A stretch of DNA of 40,953 nt. Origin: Thermoprotei archaeon (GTDB lineage: Archaea > Thermoproteota > Thermoprotei > Thermofilales > B69-G16). The translations under genes and the position numbers were made by a program. Location of the stretch: contig QMRG01000003.1 in the NCBI GenBank assembly GCA_003649235.1, positions 1 to 40,953 of the forward strand. Reading direction: 5' to 3'. How positions within the stretch are numbered: the first letter of the stretch is position 1; every line of letters starts with the position of its first letter. The notes below the pieces were generated by a model, which saw nothing but the letters and a program-made list of their open reading frames with translations, was not told the origin of the DNA and searched no databases. This document shows, piece after piece, positions 27,649 through 37,191 of this stretch.

Positions 27649-28637
27649 TAAGGTTAAAAATTCCTTTAAAAAATGCATCTAAGCCTTTATTGATACCAAC
27701 TTTTGAAGGTAGTGATCAAGCTGTTCATCCAGATATAGTCAAAGTAGGAAGAAAATATGTGCTTACGTTCACTCCTTATCCGTTTTCAAATGAACTTTAT
27801 GAAAATCCTTCAATAGTTGTCAGTAACGATGGAATATCATGGTATGAAGATGGTATTAAAAATCCAGTAGCGCGACCAAAAGCAGATGATGAACTTACAA
27901 GTGATCCAGATATCGTATATACAAATGGACGTTTCTACCTCTTCTATATAAACTGGAAATGGGGCGGAAAATTTTTCAAAAAAGCCAGGGCGTTAATGAA
28001 GCAGTATACCAAACAGTACTTTTCTGCGATAAATCTAATCGTCTCACGTGATTTAAAAAATTGGAGTCATCCTCTCCAAATAGTAAAAAGTGGAGGTTTT
28101 TCTAGTTTCTTCCCATTTACTAGGCTAATCGTAAGTCCCTCTGTAACTTGGGATAGAATATTTAGAATGTGGTACGTAAAAGTTTTTGGATGTACTAATA
28201 CGCAACCACGTATGTACTATCGGGAAAGTTTCGACGGGATCAAATGGAGTAGAGAGAAGAAAGTATTTATTGAAATGCCTAGAAACGAGGTTTTGTGGCA
28301 TATAGATGTCGAGAAGCTAAGTAACGGCAGCTATTTAATGATCATCGCCGCCTATCCACAATCGGCTAATTGTGGAAAAGTAAAGAGATTATACCTGGCG
28401 TTATCGGATGATGGTCTCAAATGGACTGTTTTTAAAGAACCGTTACTCACAACCAGTACTGGAGAATCTTGGGACAGCGATGGACTCTACAGGTCCACGT
28501 TTACCATCGAAGATGGTAAAATTCATCTTTGGTATACCGGCTTAAAAAATGAAGTATGGAGAATAGGATATACAGTATCTGAAACTCCTCTATTTAGTGA
28601 AAATGTTTACTCATTAAACGTGGTTGAGGCGAAATAA
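27645..28637 (+). CDS. Five-bladed beta-propeller glycoside-hydrolase-like protein
   Basis: HPDIV, ENPSIVVSNDGISW, SDPDIVY, SPSV, ESFDGIKW, SDDGLKW and HLWYTG repeats. No signal peptide. Confidence 0.7.
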   Translation: MIRLKIPLKNASKPLLIPTFEGSDQAVHPDIVKVGRKYVLTFTPYPFSNELYENPSIVVSNDGISWYEDGIKNPVARPKADDELTSDPDIVYTNGRFYLFYINWKWGGKFFKKARALMKQYTKQYFSAINLIVSRDLKNWSHPLQIVKSGGFSSFFPFTRLIVSPSVTWDRIFRMWYVKVFGCTNTQPRMYYRESFDGIKWSREKKVFIEMPRNEVLWHIDVEKLSNGSYLMIIAAYPQSANCGKVKRLYLALSDDGLKWTVFKEPLLTTSTGESWDSDGLYRSTFTIEDGKIHLWYTGLKNEVWRIGYTVSETPLFSENVYSLNVVEAK

Positions 28638-29770
28638 TGAGGGTTCTTCTATATATAGACGATTTGAGTATAAAAGGAGGCGGAGAAAGAATTGCAATGT
28701 ATTTTCTTAAAGCATTGCTTAATAATGGAATAGATACCTATTTTTTAACACTAACAAATGTTAAAACATTTGAAGAGATTAATAAATATCACAGAGAGTA
28801 TCCGGAGAAATTTTTTAAAGCATGGCCGACTGCGAGATGGAGTTATGTGATTCCTAAAAAGACAAGGCTAATTAGTATAGCTTTAGACTTCATATTTTTC
28901 ATAACGATATATTTACAACTATTTTTGATAAATAGGAAGGTAAAACCCGATGCGTATATCGTTATCGTAAATACTACGTGTCAAAATGCACCTTTCCTGC
29001 TTCATGGAAAACCAGTTATATCTTGGGGTTTAACTCCGTTCAGAAAGAAGTGGCCGCTTGTGCTCCAGAACGTTACTCTAAGGAAGGGATTAATAACTAA
29101 AAGGCTAATCCTAGTAGTAGGGTCTAAACGTCAAAAACAGGTATCCGATGCAGAGTATAGACCATATATTAGAGTGATTACGGTAGGTTACGACGATAAG
29201 CTATTCAAGTATAGTGATGAAGAGAAAATCAAAGGAAGAATAGTCTATATAGCTAGAATTTCGCCAGAAAAAAGGGTTGATCTAGCAATAGAAACTGCTA
29301 GATTTCTTAAAGATAGATACAAAGATTTTGAGTTAATGATAGTAGGCTATCCACAGAGTATAAAATATTATAAAAAGCTCAGTAAAATGATAGCAAAATA
29401 TGATCTGCTAGAAAACGTAAAGATAATTCCACAAGAATCTCCAGAAGTTATTAAGAAAAACTTAGCAAAAGCAGAGATTTTTTGGAATTTCTCTGATGGA
29501 TATGGAGGAGTGGTGAATTATGAAGCTTTGGCCTGCGGATGTATACCAGTAGTTTTACGAAACTTCAAGGATCAGATAAACAAATACGGATATGTAGTAG
29601 ATGATATTGAGGAAGCCGTCAATGCAACAATAAAAATATTGAAAATGGAATATAGTGAAAAGAGAAAAATAGCATTAAAATGTTCAAAGTATGCAAAGAA
29701 ATTTTCTAGATCATTTTTTGAGAAAAAATTTATTAATCTTTTAATCACCAAGCTATCAAATCGAGGTTGA
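28637..29770 (+). CDS. Glycosyltransferase family 4
   Basis: KGGGER, YIARISPEKRVD and DGYGGVVNYEALACG motifs. Confidence 0.85.
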   Translation: MRVLLYIDDLSIKGGGERIAMYFLKALLNNGIDTYFLTLTNVKTFEEINKYHREYPEKFFKAWPTARWSYVIPKKTRLISIALDFIFFITIYLQLFLINRKVKPDAYIVIVNTTCQNAPFLLHGKPVISWGLTPFRKKWPLVLQNVTLRKGLITKRLILVVGSKRQKQVSDAEYRPYIRVITVGYDDKLFKYSDEEKIKGRIVYIARISPEKRVDLAIETARFLKDRYKDFELMIVGYPQSIKYYKKLSKMIAKYDLLENVKIIPQESPEVIKKNLAKAEIFWNFSDGYGGVVNYEALACGCIPVVLRNFKDQINKYGYVVDDIEEAVNATIKILKMEYSEKRKIALKCSKYAKKFSRSFFEKKFINLLITKLSNRG

Positions 29771-30711
29771 TTAATATTAAAAAACACATAGTCTCTATAG
29801 TAATACCATCTTATAATTCACATTCTACAATAAAAGAGTGTATAAAAGCCTTGCTTAATCAAAATGTAGAGAGAGACTATGAAATAGTAGTAGTCGATAG
29901 TAGCGATGATAAAGGAGTTGTTGAGATGCTTAAAGAATTTCCAAAAGTGAAAGTTCATTATTTTGAAAAGCATGTAAATGCTGGTAAAGCGAGAAATTTA
30001 GGAGTAAAATTAAGCAGAGGAGAGATTATAGCCTTTATAGACTCGGATTGTATAGCACCTGAAAACTGGCTTAAAAAGATTCTGAAATATTTCGATGAAT
30101 ATCCGCAAATTTGTGGAGTTTTGGGAGTTTATACTGGAGGACGTAGCCTATTAGAGAAAATATGTGGAGGAGAATTCTTAGAGGAATTCAGTATAGGATT
30201 TTTTGACGGCTTTATAGAGGGAAACTGTGCTTTTAAAAGAGAAATTTTTGAAAAAGGATGTTTTTGGAGTGAAAGAAGCAGATCTGAATACGTAGATTTA
30301 GCTAAATGTATAAAATTTAAAATCAAAAAACCCGTACTATGGGATCCTGATTTAAAAGTTTTGCATCTAGGAAGAGTGACATGGGGGAAAATTATCAAAT
30401 CTGGTATATCAAAGTTTGAAGAAGATAAGAAGAATAAAGTTCTCTTAGCCAGATCGTCCTTATTAGCTTTTATGTTAATAGCAGGTTTTCTGCTATTTCC
30501 TTATTCGTTACTCACTATGAATTTTAAATATCTGCTTTTATCAATTTTGCCTAATATTCTTCTCGTATATTATGCTTTTAAAGACCGCATGCTTTCCTTT
30601 AAATATAGGATTTTATTTCTGCCTTACTCAATTTTAATAAAATGGGTTTTCTGGCTTGGATGGATCTACGCTCTCTCCAGGGAAGTTTTCAAAAGGGCAA
30701 AAATAATATAG
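29767..30711 (+). CDS. Glycosyltransferase family 2 with C-terminal TM helices
   Basis: VSIVIPSYN, EIVVVDSS, ARNLG and FIDSDC (DxD) motifs; hydrophobic C-terminus. Confidence 0.9.
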   Translation: MINIKKHIVSIVIPSYNSHSTIKECIKALLNQNVERDYEIVVVDSSDDKGVVEMLKEFPKVKVHYFEKHVNAGKARNLGVKLSRGEIIAFIDSDCIAPENWLKKILKYFDEYPQICGVLGVYTGGRSLLEKICGGEFLEEFSIGFFDGFIEGNCAFKREIFEKGCFWSERSRSEYVDLAKCIKFKIKKPVLWDPDLKVLHLGRVTWGKIIKSGISKFEEDKKNKVLLARSSLLAFMLIAGFLLFPYSLLTMNFKYLLLSILPNILLVYYAFKDRMLSFKYRILFLPYSILIKWVFWLGWIYALSREVFKRAKII

Positions 30712-30787
30712 AAAAAATGTCTAAAAGCATAGAAAAGTATTCATAGAAGTATGATAACATTAGAATATCAAATCGGCGCTGGTAAAA

Positions 30788-31738
30788 ATGTATAGCGAAA
30801 ATGTAAGAGAAAAAATCTTAATCACCGGAGCTACTGGCTTTATAGGAAGTCATCTTTTGCCGAAGCTAGTAGAAATGGGATACGACGTCTATGCTTTTCA
30901 AAGATATATAACTGGCAGATACGTCTTAGGCTCGAATGTAAAAACTGTTTTTGCGGATTTAAGAAATGAAGTAGATGTTAGGAGAGCCATAAAACTCGTA
31001 CAACCTGATTATGTAATCCATTTAGCCGCTATAAGCCCGGTATCCTATAGCTACGACCATCCTCAAGAAGTTACAGAAGTTAACTATCTCGGAACTGTAA
31101 ACCTGGCAGAAGCTTGTCTCCGAGAAGTACCACGCTTTAAGCAATTCCTTTTCGCCTCCACCTCCGAAACATATGGAAATGGACCCGTGCCTAAAAAAGA
31201 AGATACTCCTCAAAACCCTAATAGCCCCTATGCGGTAAGCAAGCTTGCCGCTGAAAAATACCTATTATACCTGAGAGATGCCTACGATTTTCCAGTAACT
31301 ATACTTAGGAACTTTAACACTTATGGTAGGAAGAGAAATACTCATTTTTTCATAGAGAGGACTATTTGCCAAATGTTGACAAGCGATGAGGTAAGGCTCG
31401 GTGATCCAAACCCAATACGGGATTTTATGTATGTTGAAGATCACGTTAATGCTTACCTAACCTGTCTAGGTAATAGAAAGGCTATAGGCGAGATATTCAA
31501 TTTCTGTACAGGTCGTTACATGAGACTTGATGAAGTAACGAAGATAATTGAAAAATTAACAGAATTTAATGGAGTAATTAGATGGTATACTATTCCAGCT
31601 AGACCTCTCGATATAAAAGTCCTATACGGAGACTATTCTAAAGCAAAGAGACTTTTAAACTGGGAGCCTAAATACACGCTAGAAGAAGGACTAAAACTAA
31701 CTGTCGAGTATTGGCGGAAAGCCCTAAATAAATACTAA
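30788..31738 (+). CDS. NAD-dependent nucleotide-sugar 4,6-dehydratase/epimerase (extended SDR)
   Basis: ITGATGFIG, HLAA, ASTSETYG, SPYAVSK, RNFNTYG and RDFMYVED motifs. Confidence 0.93.
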   Translation: MYSENVREKILITGATGFIGSHLLPKLVEMGYDVYAFQRYITGRYVLGSNVKTVFADLRNEVDVRRAIKLVQPDYVIHLAAISPVSYSYDHPQEVTEVNYLGTVNLAEACLREVPRFKQFLFASTSETYGNGPVPKKEDTPQNPNSPYAVSKLAAEKYLLYLRDAYDFPVTILRNFNTYGRKRNTHFFIERTICQMLTSDEVRLGDPNPIRDFMYVEDHVNAYLTCLGNRKAIGEIFNFCTGRYMRLDEVTKIIEKLTEFNGVIRWYTIPARPLDIKVLYGDYSKAKRLLNWEPKYTLEEGLKLTVEYWRKALNKY

Positions 31739-32847
31739 TTTGCTAGTTTTTCTAAAACTTCTAATACTTTATCTTGTTCTTTACCTGTAATTTCTACGAA
31801 TAAAGGCAAAGATAGCACAGTATCGCTTGCTTTTTCGGTATTTGGAAGATATCCACGACTATATCCGAATAGTCTAATGTAGACGGGTTGGAGATGTATA
31901 GGTGGATCGAAAGCGCATCGAGTTTCTATACCTTCTCTTTCGTAAAGCTCAATGGCTTTATCTCTAAGTTCTCTAGACTTGAATTGAACCGTATAGAACA
32001 TGTATGTATGTCTTACATATGGAGCCTCATAAGGAGGACGTACAAACTCTAACTCTTCGATTCTTCGTGTATAATATCTAGCCTTTTCAATTTTTCTAGC
32101 TAAAACCCATTCTAATCGTTTAAGCTGAACGAGTCCAAGTGCAGCTTGAATATCTGTCATCCTATAGTTAAAGCCTATGTATTTATAGCGAAACTGTTCA
32201 TGTTGTCCATGTGATCTTAACATTCTAATTTTCTCAGCTAATTCTTCGTCATTAGTAGTGATCATACCTCCTTCTCCAGTAGTCATATTCTTATTAGGAT
32301 AAAAAGAAAAGCAAGCTGCATGCCCTAAACTTCCTACTATCTTACCCTTATATATGCTGCCATGAGCTTCAGCGGCATCCTCTATGAGGAAAAGGCCATT
32401 TTCCTCCGAAATCTCTTTTAGTTCATCCATTTCTGCCGGATGACCTGCATAATGGACGGCTATAATAGCCCTGGTTTTTTCAGAGAGTTTCTCTCTAACC
32501 GAGTTAGGGTCTATATTTAGTGTTAAAGGATCTATGTCTGCGAAAACGGGTTTCGCGCCCTGATATAAAACGACATTCGCTGTAGAAATAAATGAGAATG
32601 AAGGAACTATAACTTCATCTCCAGGTCCTATTTCCAGCGCGGCTAATACTAGATGTAAAGCTGCAGTTCCATTCGTAACGGCAACTCCTTCTTTAGCACC
32701 AACATACCTGGAAAATTCTTTTTCAAAACGTTCCACATAAACGCCTTGAGAAAGCCGTTTTTCAAGAACCACCTTATAAACAGCTTGAGCGTCTTCTTCT
32801 GTAATATATGGCATGGCGTAAGGGATTAAATATTTGTTTTTACGCAC
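31735..32847 (-). CDS. DegT/DnrJ/EryC1/StrS family PLP-dependent sugar aminotransferase
   Basis: NGTAALH, GPGDEVIVP, IEDAAEAHG, SFYPNKNMTTGEGG and GFNYRM motifs. GGTGA RBS before the GTG start. Confidence 0.95.
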   Translation of the reverse strand: MRKNKYLIPYAMPYITEEDAQAVYKVVLEKRLSQGVYVERFEKEFSRYVGAKEGVAVTNGTAALHLVLAALEIGPGDEVIVPSFSFISTANVVLYQGAKPVFADIDPLTLNIDPNSVREKLSEKTRAIIAVHYAGHPAEMDELKEISEENGLFLIEDAAEAHGSIYKGKIVGSLGHAACFSFYPNKNMTTGEGGMITTNDEELAEKIRMLRSHGQHEQFRYKYIGFNYRMTDIQAALGLVQLKRLEWVLARKIEKARYYTRRIEELEFVRPPYEAPYVRHTYMFYTVQFKSRELRDKAIELYEREGIETRCAFDPPIHLQPVYIRLFGYSRGYLPNTEKASDTVLSLPLFVEITGKEQDKVLEVLEKLAN

Positions 32848-33087
32848 TAATATTCACCAATCAAGTGAGGGATACATCTCTATTGAAGTATTTATACATT
32901 TCCTTTATTTCGGAAAAATTAACTTATTACTTTCATTTTAAACACTATTAACAAGTTATTTTACAAATTTGTTTTCATCATTATAATTGAAAAATAAAAG
33001 GTAGAATAGAAAAATAGAGGAATGATTAGAAGGATTTATATAATACACTGTTAAAAAGTATAATAGCAAGATTTAAAGGAAAAATAT

Positions 33088-34038
33088 ATGAAAATATTGG
33101 TAACAGGATCTTCGGGTTTTATCGGAAGTCATATAGTTGATAAATTACTGGAAAAAGGCTATGAAACCGTTGGAATTGATCTCTGGTTTAACAAAGAAGA
33201 TCTATATTATCAATTAGAAAATCCTAATTTTGAATTTGTTAAAGGAAGCATCCTAAACGAAGATTTAATGAAGAAGTTAATTTCCGATTGTGATGTGATA
33301 ATACACTTAGCGGCAATACTAGGTACTTCAGAAACGATAGAAAAATACGATATAATAAAAGTAGTAGAGACTAATATTCTTGGAACAGCTAAAATTCTCA
33401 AATGGGCTTCACAAAAAGGTATTGAAAAGGTAATAATACCATCAGTACCCGACGTACCCTGGCTTAACCCTTATAAGATATCGAAGAGTACTATGGAGAA
33501 ATTCGCTCTCTTATACAATATATATTATAAACTTAAAACTGTAGTTCTTAAATTGGCAAACGTCTATGGACCTAGAGAAAGATGGCCTGAAGCTAGCCTC
33601 GGAGCTCCCTATAACTATCAAAAAGTTGTACCTACCTTTATTATAAACGCATTAAAGGGCAAACCTTTGTTTATCTATGGAGATGGAGAACAGAGAGCCG
33701 ACTATGTATATATAGGCGATGTGGTCGAAGCCTTTCTCAAAGCGCTTCACTCTGAAGAAGCTATAGGACGTGTAATACCGATAGGGAACGGTAGAACAAC
33801 TTCTGTAAATGAGCTAGCGGATATTATTATAAGGCTTACCGGTAGCGGGTCTTTTAAAAAATACAGCTCTATGAGGAAGGGAGAAATCCCGCTTAGCATA
33901 TACGTAGATACATCTTTGGCTAAAGAACTTCTGAAATTTGAGGCAAAGACTAGTTTGAGAGAAGGATTGGAGAAGACTATACCTTACTACAAAGAAAAAG
34001 TTCTTCTTGAAAGAGAGAAGAGAAAGGTCTTAGTATGA
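33088..34038 (+). CDS. NAD-dependent nucleotide-sugar epimerase/dehydratase (extended SDR)
   Basis: VTGSSGFIG, HLAA, NPYKISK (YxxxK), NVYGP and GDGEQRADYVY motifs. Confidence 0.9.
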   Translation: MKILVTGSSGFIGSHIVDKLLEKGYETVGIDLWFNKEDLYYQLENPNFEFVKGSILNEDLMKKLISDCDVIIHLAAILGTSETIEKYDIIKVVETNILGTAKILKWASQKGIEKVIIPSVPDVPWLNPYKISKSTMEKFALLYNIYYKLKTVVLKLANVYGPRERWPEASLGAPYNYQKVVPTFIINALKGKPLFIYGDGEQRADYVYIGDVVEAFLKALHSEEAIGRVIPIGNGRTTSVNELADIIIRLTGSGSFKKYSSMRKGEIPLSIYVDTSLAKELLKFEAKTSLREGLEKTIPYYKEKVLLEREKRKVLV

Positions 34039-35141
34039 AGATACTATTCATAATGCCTTGGAAGCCCGGCTTAGGATGTATAAAAAAGTGGCTCGAAAAT
34101 TTGACTAAGGAAATGGAAGAGCTCGGGCATAAAACCTATATTTTATCACCTTATAGATTCCCAAAGCCATTGGATAAAATAGCAGTTTTTCTGATATACC
34201 CTCCTTTTATCTATGATAAACTCGGAATGTTGTGGGAATTTATAACAAAATCCTTAATCTATTTACCATTAGCTCTTCCTCTCGCAATATTATATGACTC
34301 CATGATAAGTTTTTATCCTCCAGATTCATTTATTCTCCAACTTTTCTTTAAATTACTAGGTAAAAAGAATTTTTCAGTAGTCCATCAGGCGAGAGATGAA
34401 AGAAATGTAGGTATTAGACTTTCACTATGGAAGATACACTATAAATTGGCCGATGGAGTTATAGCTATCAGTAAGAGTGCCAAAAAAGATGTAGAAGGAA
34501 TCTATGAGGTTAAGAGAGAAAAAATTACAACTATCTACAACGGCTTAAACTTAAACGAATTTAAAAACTTAAAAAATGAACTAGAGATAGAAGGGAAGCC
34601 AGCATTGCTATACGTGGGTAAACTGGAACGAGTCAAAGGACCGGATATACTCTTGGAAGCATTTGCTATAGTCAAGAAACATTGTAAAGAAGCCTTTCTC
34701 CACATTTTGGGAGATGGATCTATGCGAAGCGATCTCATTGAACAGGTTAAAAAGCTAGGTTTAGAGGATAGCGTTAAATTCTATGGTATTGTAGTACCGC
34801 CATATTCGTATATGAAAGCTGCAGATATTTTAGTAATACCTTCTCGTTATGATGCTTTACCCACAGTGGCTCTTGAAGGTATGGCATGCGGAGTTCCTAT
34901 AGTGGCTTCAAATGTAGGAGGATTGAGAGAGATAATACTGGATGGCGAGAATGGGCTAAAAGCCAAACCAGAGCCAGAAGACATTGCAGAGAAAATAATT
35001 TTCCTATGGAAGAACGATAAACTTAGGAAAGAAATAAGCAGTAGGCAACGAGAATTTATTAAAGATTTTACATGGAAAAGAGCTGCTATAGAATATCTCA
35101 ACTATATGGCAAATCTAAAAGAGGTGACTTCTCTTTCCTAA
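34035..35141 (+). CDS. Glycosyltransferase family 4
   Basis: IYNGLN, YVGKLERVKG and PSRYDALPTVALEGMACG motifs. Confidence 0.92.
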   Translation: MKILFIMPWKPGLGCIKKWLENLTKEMEELGHKTYILSPYRFPKPLDKIAVFLIYPPFIYDKLGMLWEFITKSLIYLPLALPLAILYDSMISFYPPDSFILQLFFKLLGKKNFSVVHQARDERNVGIRLSLWKIHYKLADGVIAISKSAKKDVEGIYEVKREKITTIYNGLNLNEFKNLKNELEIEGKPALLYVGKLERVKGPDILLEAFAIVKKHCKEAFLHILGDGSMRSDLIEQVKKLGLEDSVKFYGIVVPPYSYMKAADILVIPSRYDALPTVALEGMACGVPIVASNVGGLREIILDGENGLKAKPEPEDIAEKIIFLWKNDKLRKEISSRQREFIKDFTWKRAAIEYLNYMANLKEVTSLS

Positions 35142-35928
35142 ATCTTCAATAAACTTATCAGTAGTAATCGTGACCTACGGAAGATGTAAAGATTGTAGAG
35201 AAGCTGTAGAAAGCGTGCTGAAGGGGAAAATTCTACCTAGAGAAGTGATAGTTGTCGATGATCATCCGTCAAAAATTTTTACGTATGACGATTCTCCCAT
35301 GGTAAAAGTCGTACACACTTTAAGAGAGATAGGTGTATCTGCTTGTAGAAATATAGCAATTAAGCTTTCGAAAGGGGATGTTATTGCTTTTCTGGATGAT
35401 GATGTCGTAGTAGATGAAAATTGGGCATGTGAAATACTAAACTGTTTTAAAGAAAAACCGGAGATAGGCGTGGTTTTTGGAAAAATTAAGCCTTTATACT
35501 TGGCTCCACTGCCGAAATGGTGGAATGAGAAGATATTTAGCTGGGTTATTTCCGTGAATATGGCGGCAGGTGCAAACTTCGCGGTAAGGAAAAATATTTT
35601 TGAAAATTTTGGATATTTTCGCGAAGAATTAGGAATAATAAAGGGGAAGAGGTTCAATTTAGAAGATTTAGAATTTAAAAAACGTGTAAAAAAAGTATCT
35701 AAAGTATTTTTCTGCGAGAAGGCAATAGTATATCATAAAGTACCTCCTCATAGACTTTCTAGAAGATACGTGCTGAAACGATGTTTCAGCGAGGGCAGAG
35801 GTAGGCGAATTTTAGGAACATACACGGTCAAAGACGCGATAAAAGGCATCTGTTATAGTCTTGTTAGACTTCCAAGATTTAATGCCTTATGCAATCTCGT
35901 ATTGTGGCTCGGCTATTTTCTAGGCTAA
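35134..35928 (+). CDS. Glycosyltransferase family 2 (start codon uncertain)
   Basis: LSVVIVTYGR, EVIVVDD, CRNIA, FLDDD and GANFAVR motifs. The conserved first strand lies upstream of the track's GTG at 35170. Confidence 0.85.
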   Translation, partial: FPKSSINLSVVIVTYGRCKDCREAVESVLKGKILPREVIVVDDHPSKIFTYDDSPMVKVVHTLREIGVSACRNIAIKLSKGDVIAFLDDDVVVDENWACEILNCFKEKPEIGVVFGKIKPLYLAPLPKWWNEKIFSWVISVNMAAGANFAVRKNIFENFGYFREELGIIKGKRFNLEDLEFKKRVKKVSKVFFCEKAIVYHKVPPHRLSRRYVLKRCFSEGRGRRILGTYTVKDAIKGICYSLVRLPRFNALCNLVLWLGYFLG

Positions 35929-35962
35929 TTATGGGAATGTTCTTGAAGGTGTGTGTCATTTC

Positions 35963-35977
35963 GCTAACATTTATATA
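35963..35977 (+). promoter_or_regulatory. BRE/TATA promoter for the GT4-AsnB-GT4 unit
   Basis: GCTAACATTTATATA about 30-35 nt upstream of the start. Confidence 0.5.
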
Positions 35978-36012
35978 CTGCCAAAATATGCTAAAATGTA
36001 AAGGTCGTGGTA

Positions 36013-37191
36013 ATGTATAAAGTATACTTCCTATTTCCTACCAACTCTCCACTCGTTTTTAAGCCTAAATATGGAGGAGGTAGCGGGCTCTACTTGTACC
36101 AACTTTCGACAAATCTATCTAAAAGAGGCGTAGATACCCATGTTATAGCAAACCTGGCTACTAAAAATGATGCTTTAGTCAAGCTTCACCACGTAGATTT
36201 CTCTGGAAACCTCATATTGAGAAATATGAGATATCTATCAAAACTATACGAAGTTGTTGATAATGAGTCTATAGTTATAGTCTTTGATCAAGCATTTGGA
36301 GGTTTAATGCCGGTTATCTTGAAAAAATTAAAGAATGTTAAAATGCTGTTTCATACAATAAACCATTATCCATGGCTTGATGATAAGAAAGAAGTGAATC
36401 CTAGACTATACTGGCCAATATTAAAAACAGTCGTTAAGACAGTCGACCTAGTTGTTGTGGGAAATAATCTTCTAAAGGAAAGCATTGTTAAAAGAGGAGG
36501 AATAAGCGAAGATAAAGTAATCATAATACCTCCAATTCTAAGTTTAGAGGAGCCTGAGCGCGAGGCTAAAGTCGATATAAGAAGTAAGTATAAGATTAAA
36601 GATGATGAAAAAATAATCTTATTCGTTGGCAGGATAGTGCCTCATAAAGGTATAACGGATATTTTAAAAGCTGCTGCTCAATTAAAGCCGAAAAGCCGGA
36701 AATATAAGTTTTTCCTAGTAGGACCTAGAAATTCCAGCTTTTCACTCAATGGGAAGGATAAACCGACAAAATTTTACTGGGAAATGCTAGACTTGGCTAA
36801 AAGGTTAGGATTGGAAGATTCATTAATTTTCACGGGATCGGTTTCTAGAGAAGAGTTGCATAGTTTTTACAGAGAAGCCGACTTATTCATATTTCCTTCT
36901 TACAAAGAAGGATTTGGATTAGCAGTTCTAGAAGCTATGTCTTACGGCAAGCCGATTATCGTATATAATCATCCACCATTAAACTATATCATCACAAAAT
37001 CTACCGGAATATTAGTGCCTCCCGGCGATATAGAGGAACTGGCTAGAGCGATAGCATATTTACTAGATAATGTCGATATTGCCACAAAGCTAGGTTTAAA
37101 TGCATATGAGAGATTTAGAGAAAATTTCACAGTAGAAGCTGTCATCGACAAATGGATAGCTCTTTTTGAGAGTTTAACGGGAGGCTCTTAA
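36013..37191 (+). CDS. Glycosyltransferase family 4 (paralog of 39017-40183)
   Basis: YGGGS, FVGRIVPHKG and PSYKEGFGLAVLEAMSYGKP motifs. Start is ATG 36013 or GTG 36007. Confidence 0.92.
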   Translation: MYKVYFLFPTNSPLVFKPKYGGGSGLYLYQLSTNLSKRGVDTHVIANLATKNDALVKLHHVDFSGNLILRNMRYLSKLYEVVDNESIVIVFDQAFGGLMPVILKKLKNVKMLFHTINHYPWLDDKKEVNPRLYWPILKTVVKTVDLVVVGNNLLKESIVKRGGISEDKVIIIPPILSLEEPEREAKVDIRSKYKIKDDEKIILFVGRIVPHKGITDILKAAAQLKPKSRKYKFFLVGPRNSSFSLNGKDKPTKFYWEMLDLAKRLGLEDSLIFTGSVSREELHSFYREADLFIFPSYKEGFGLAVLEAMSYGKPIIVYNHPPLNYIITKSTGILVPPGDIEELARAIAYLLDNVDIATKLGLNAYERFRENFTVEAVIDKWIALFESLTGGS

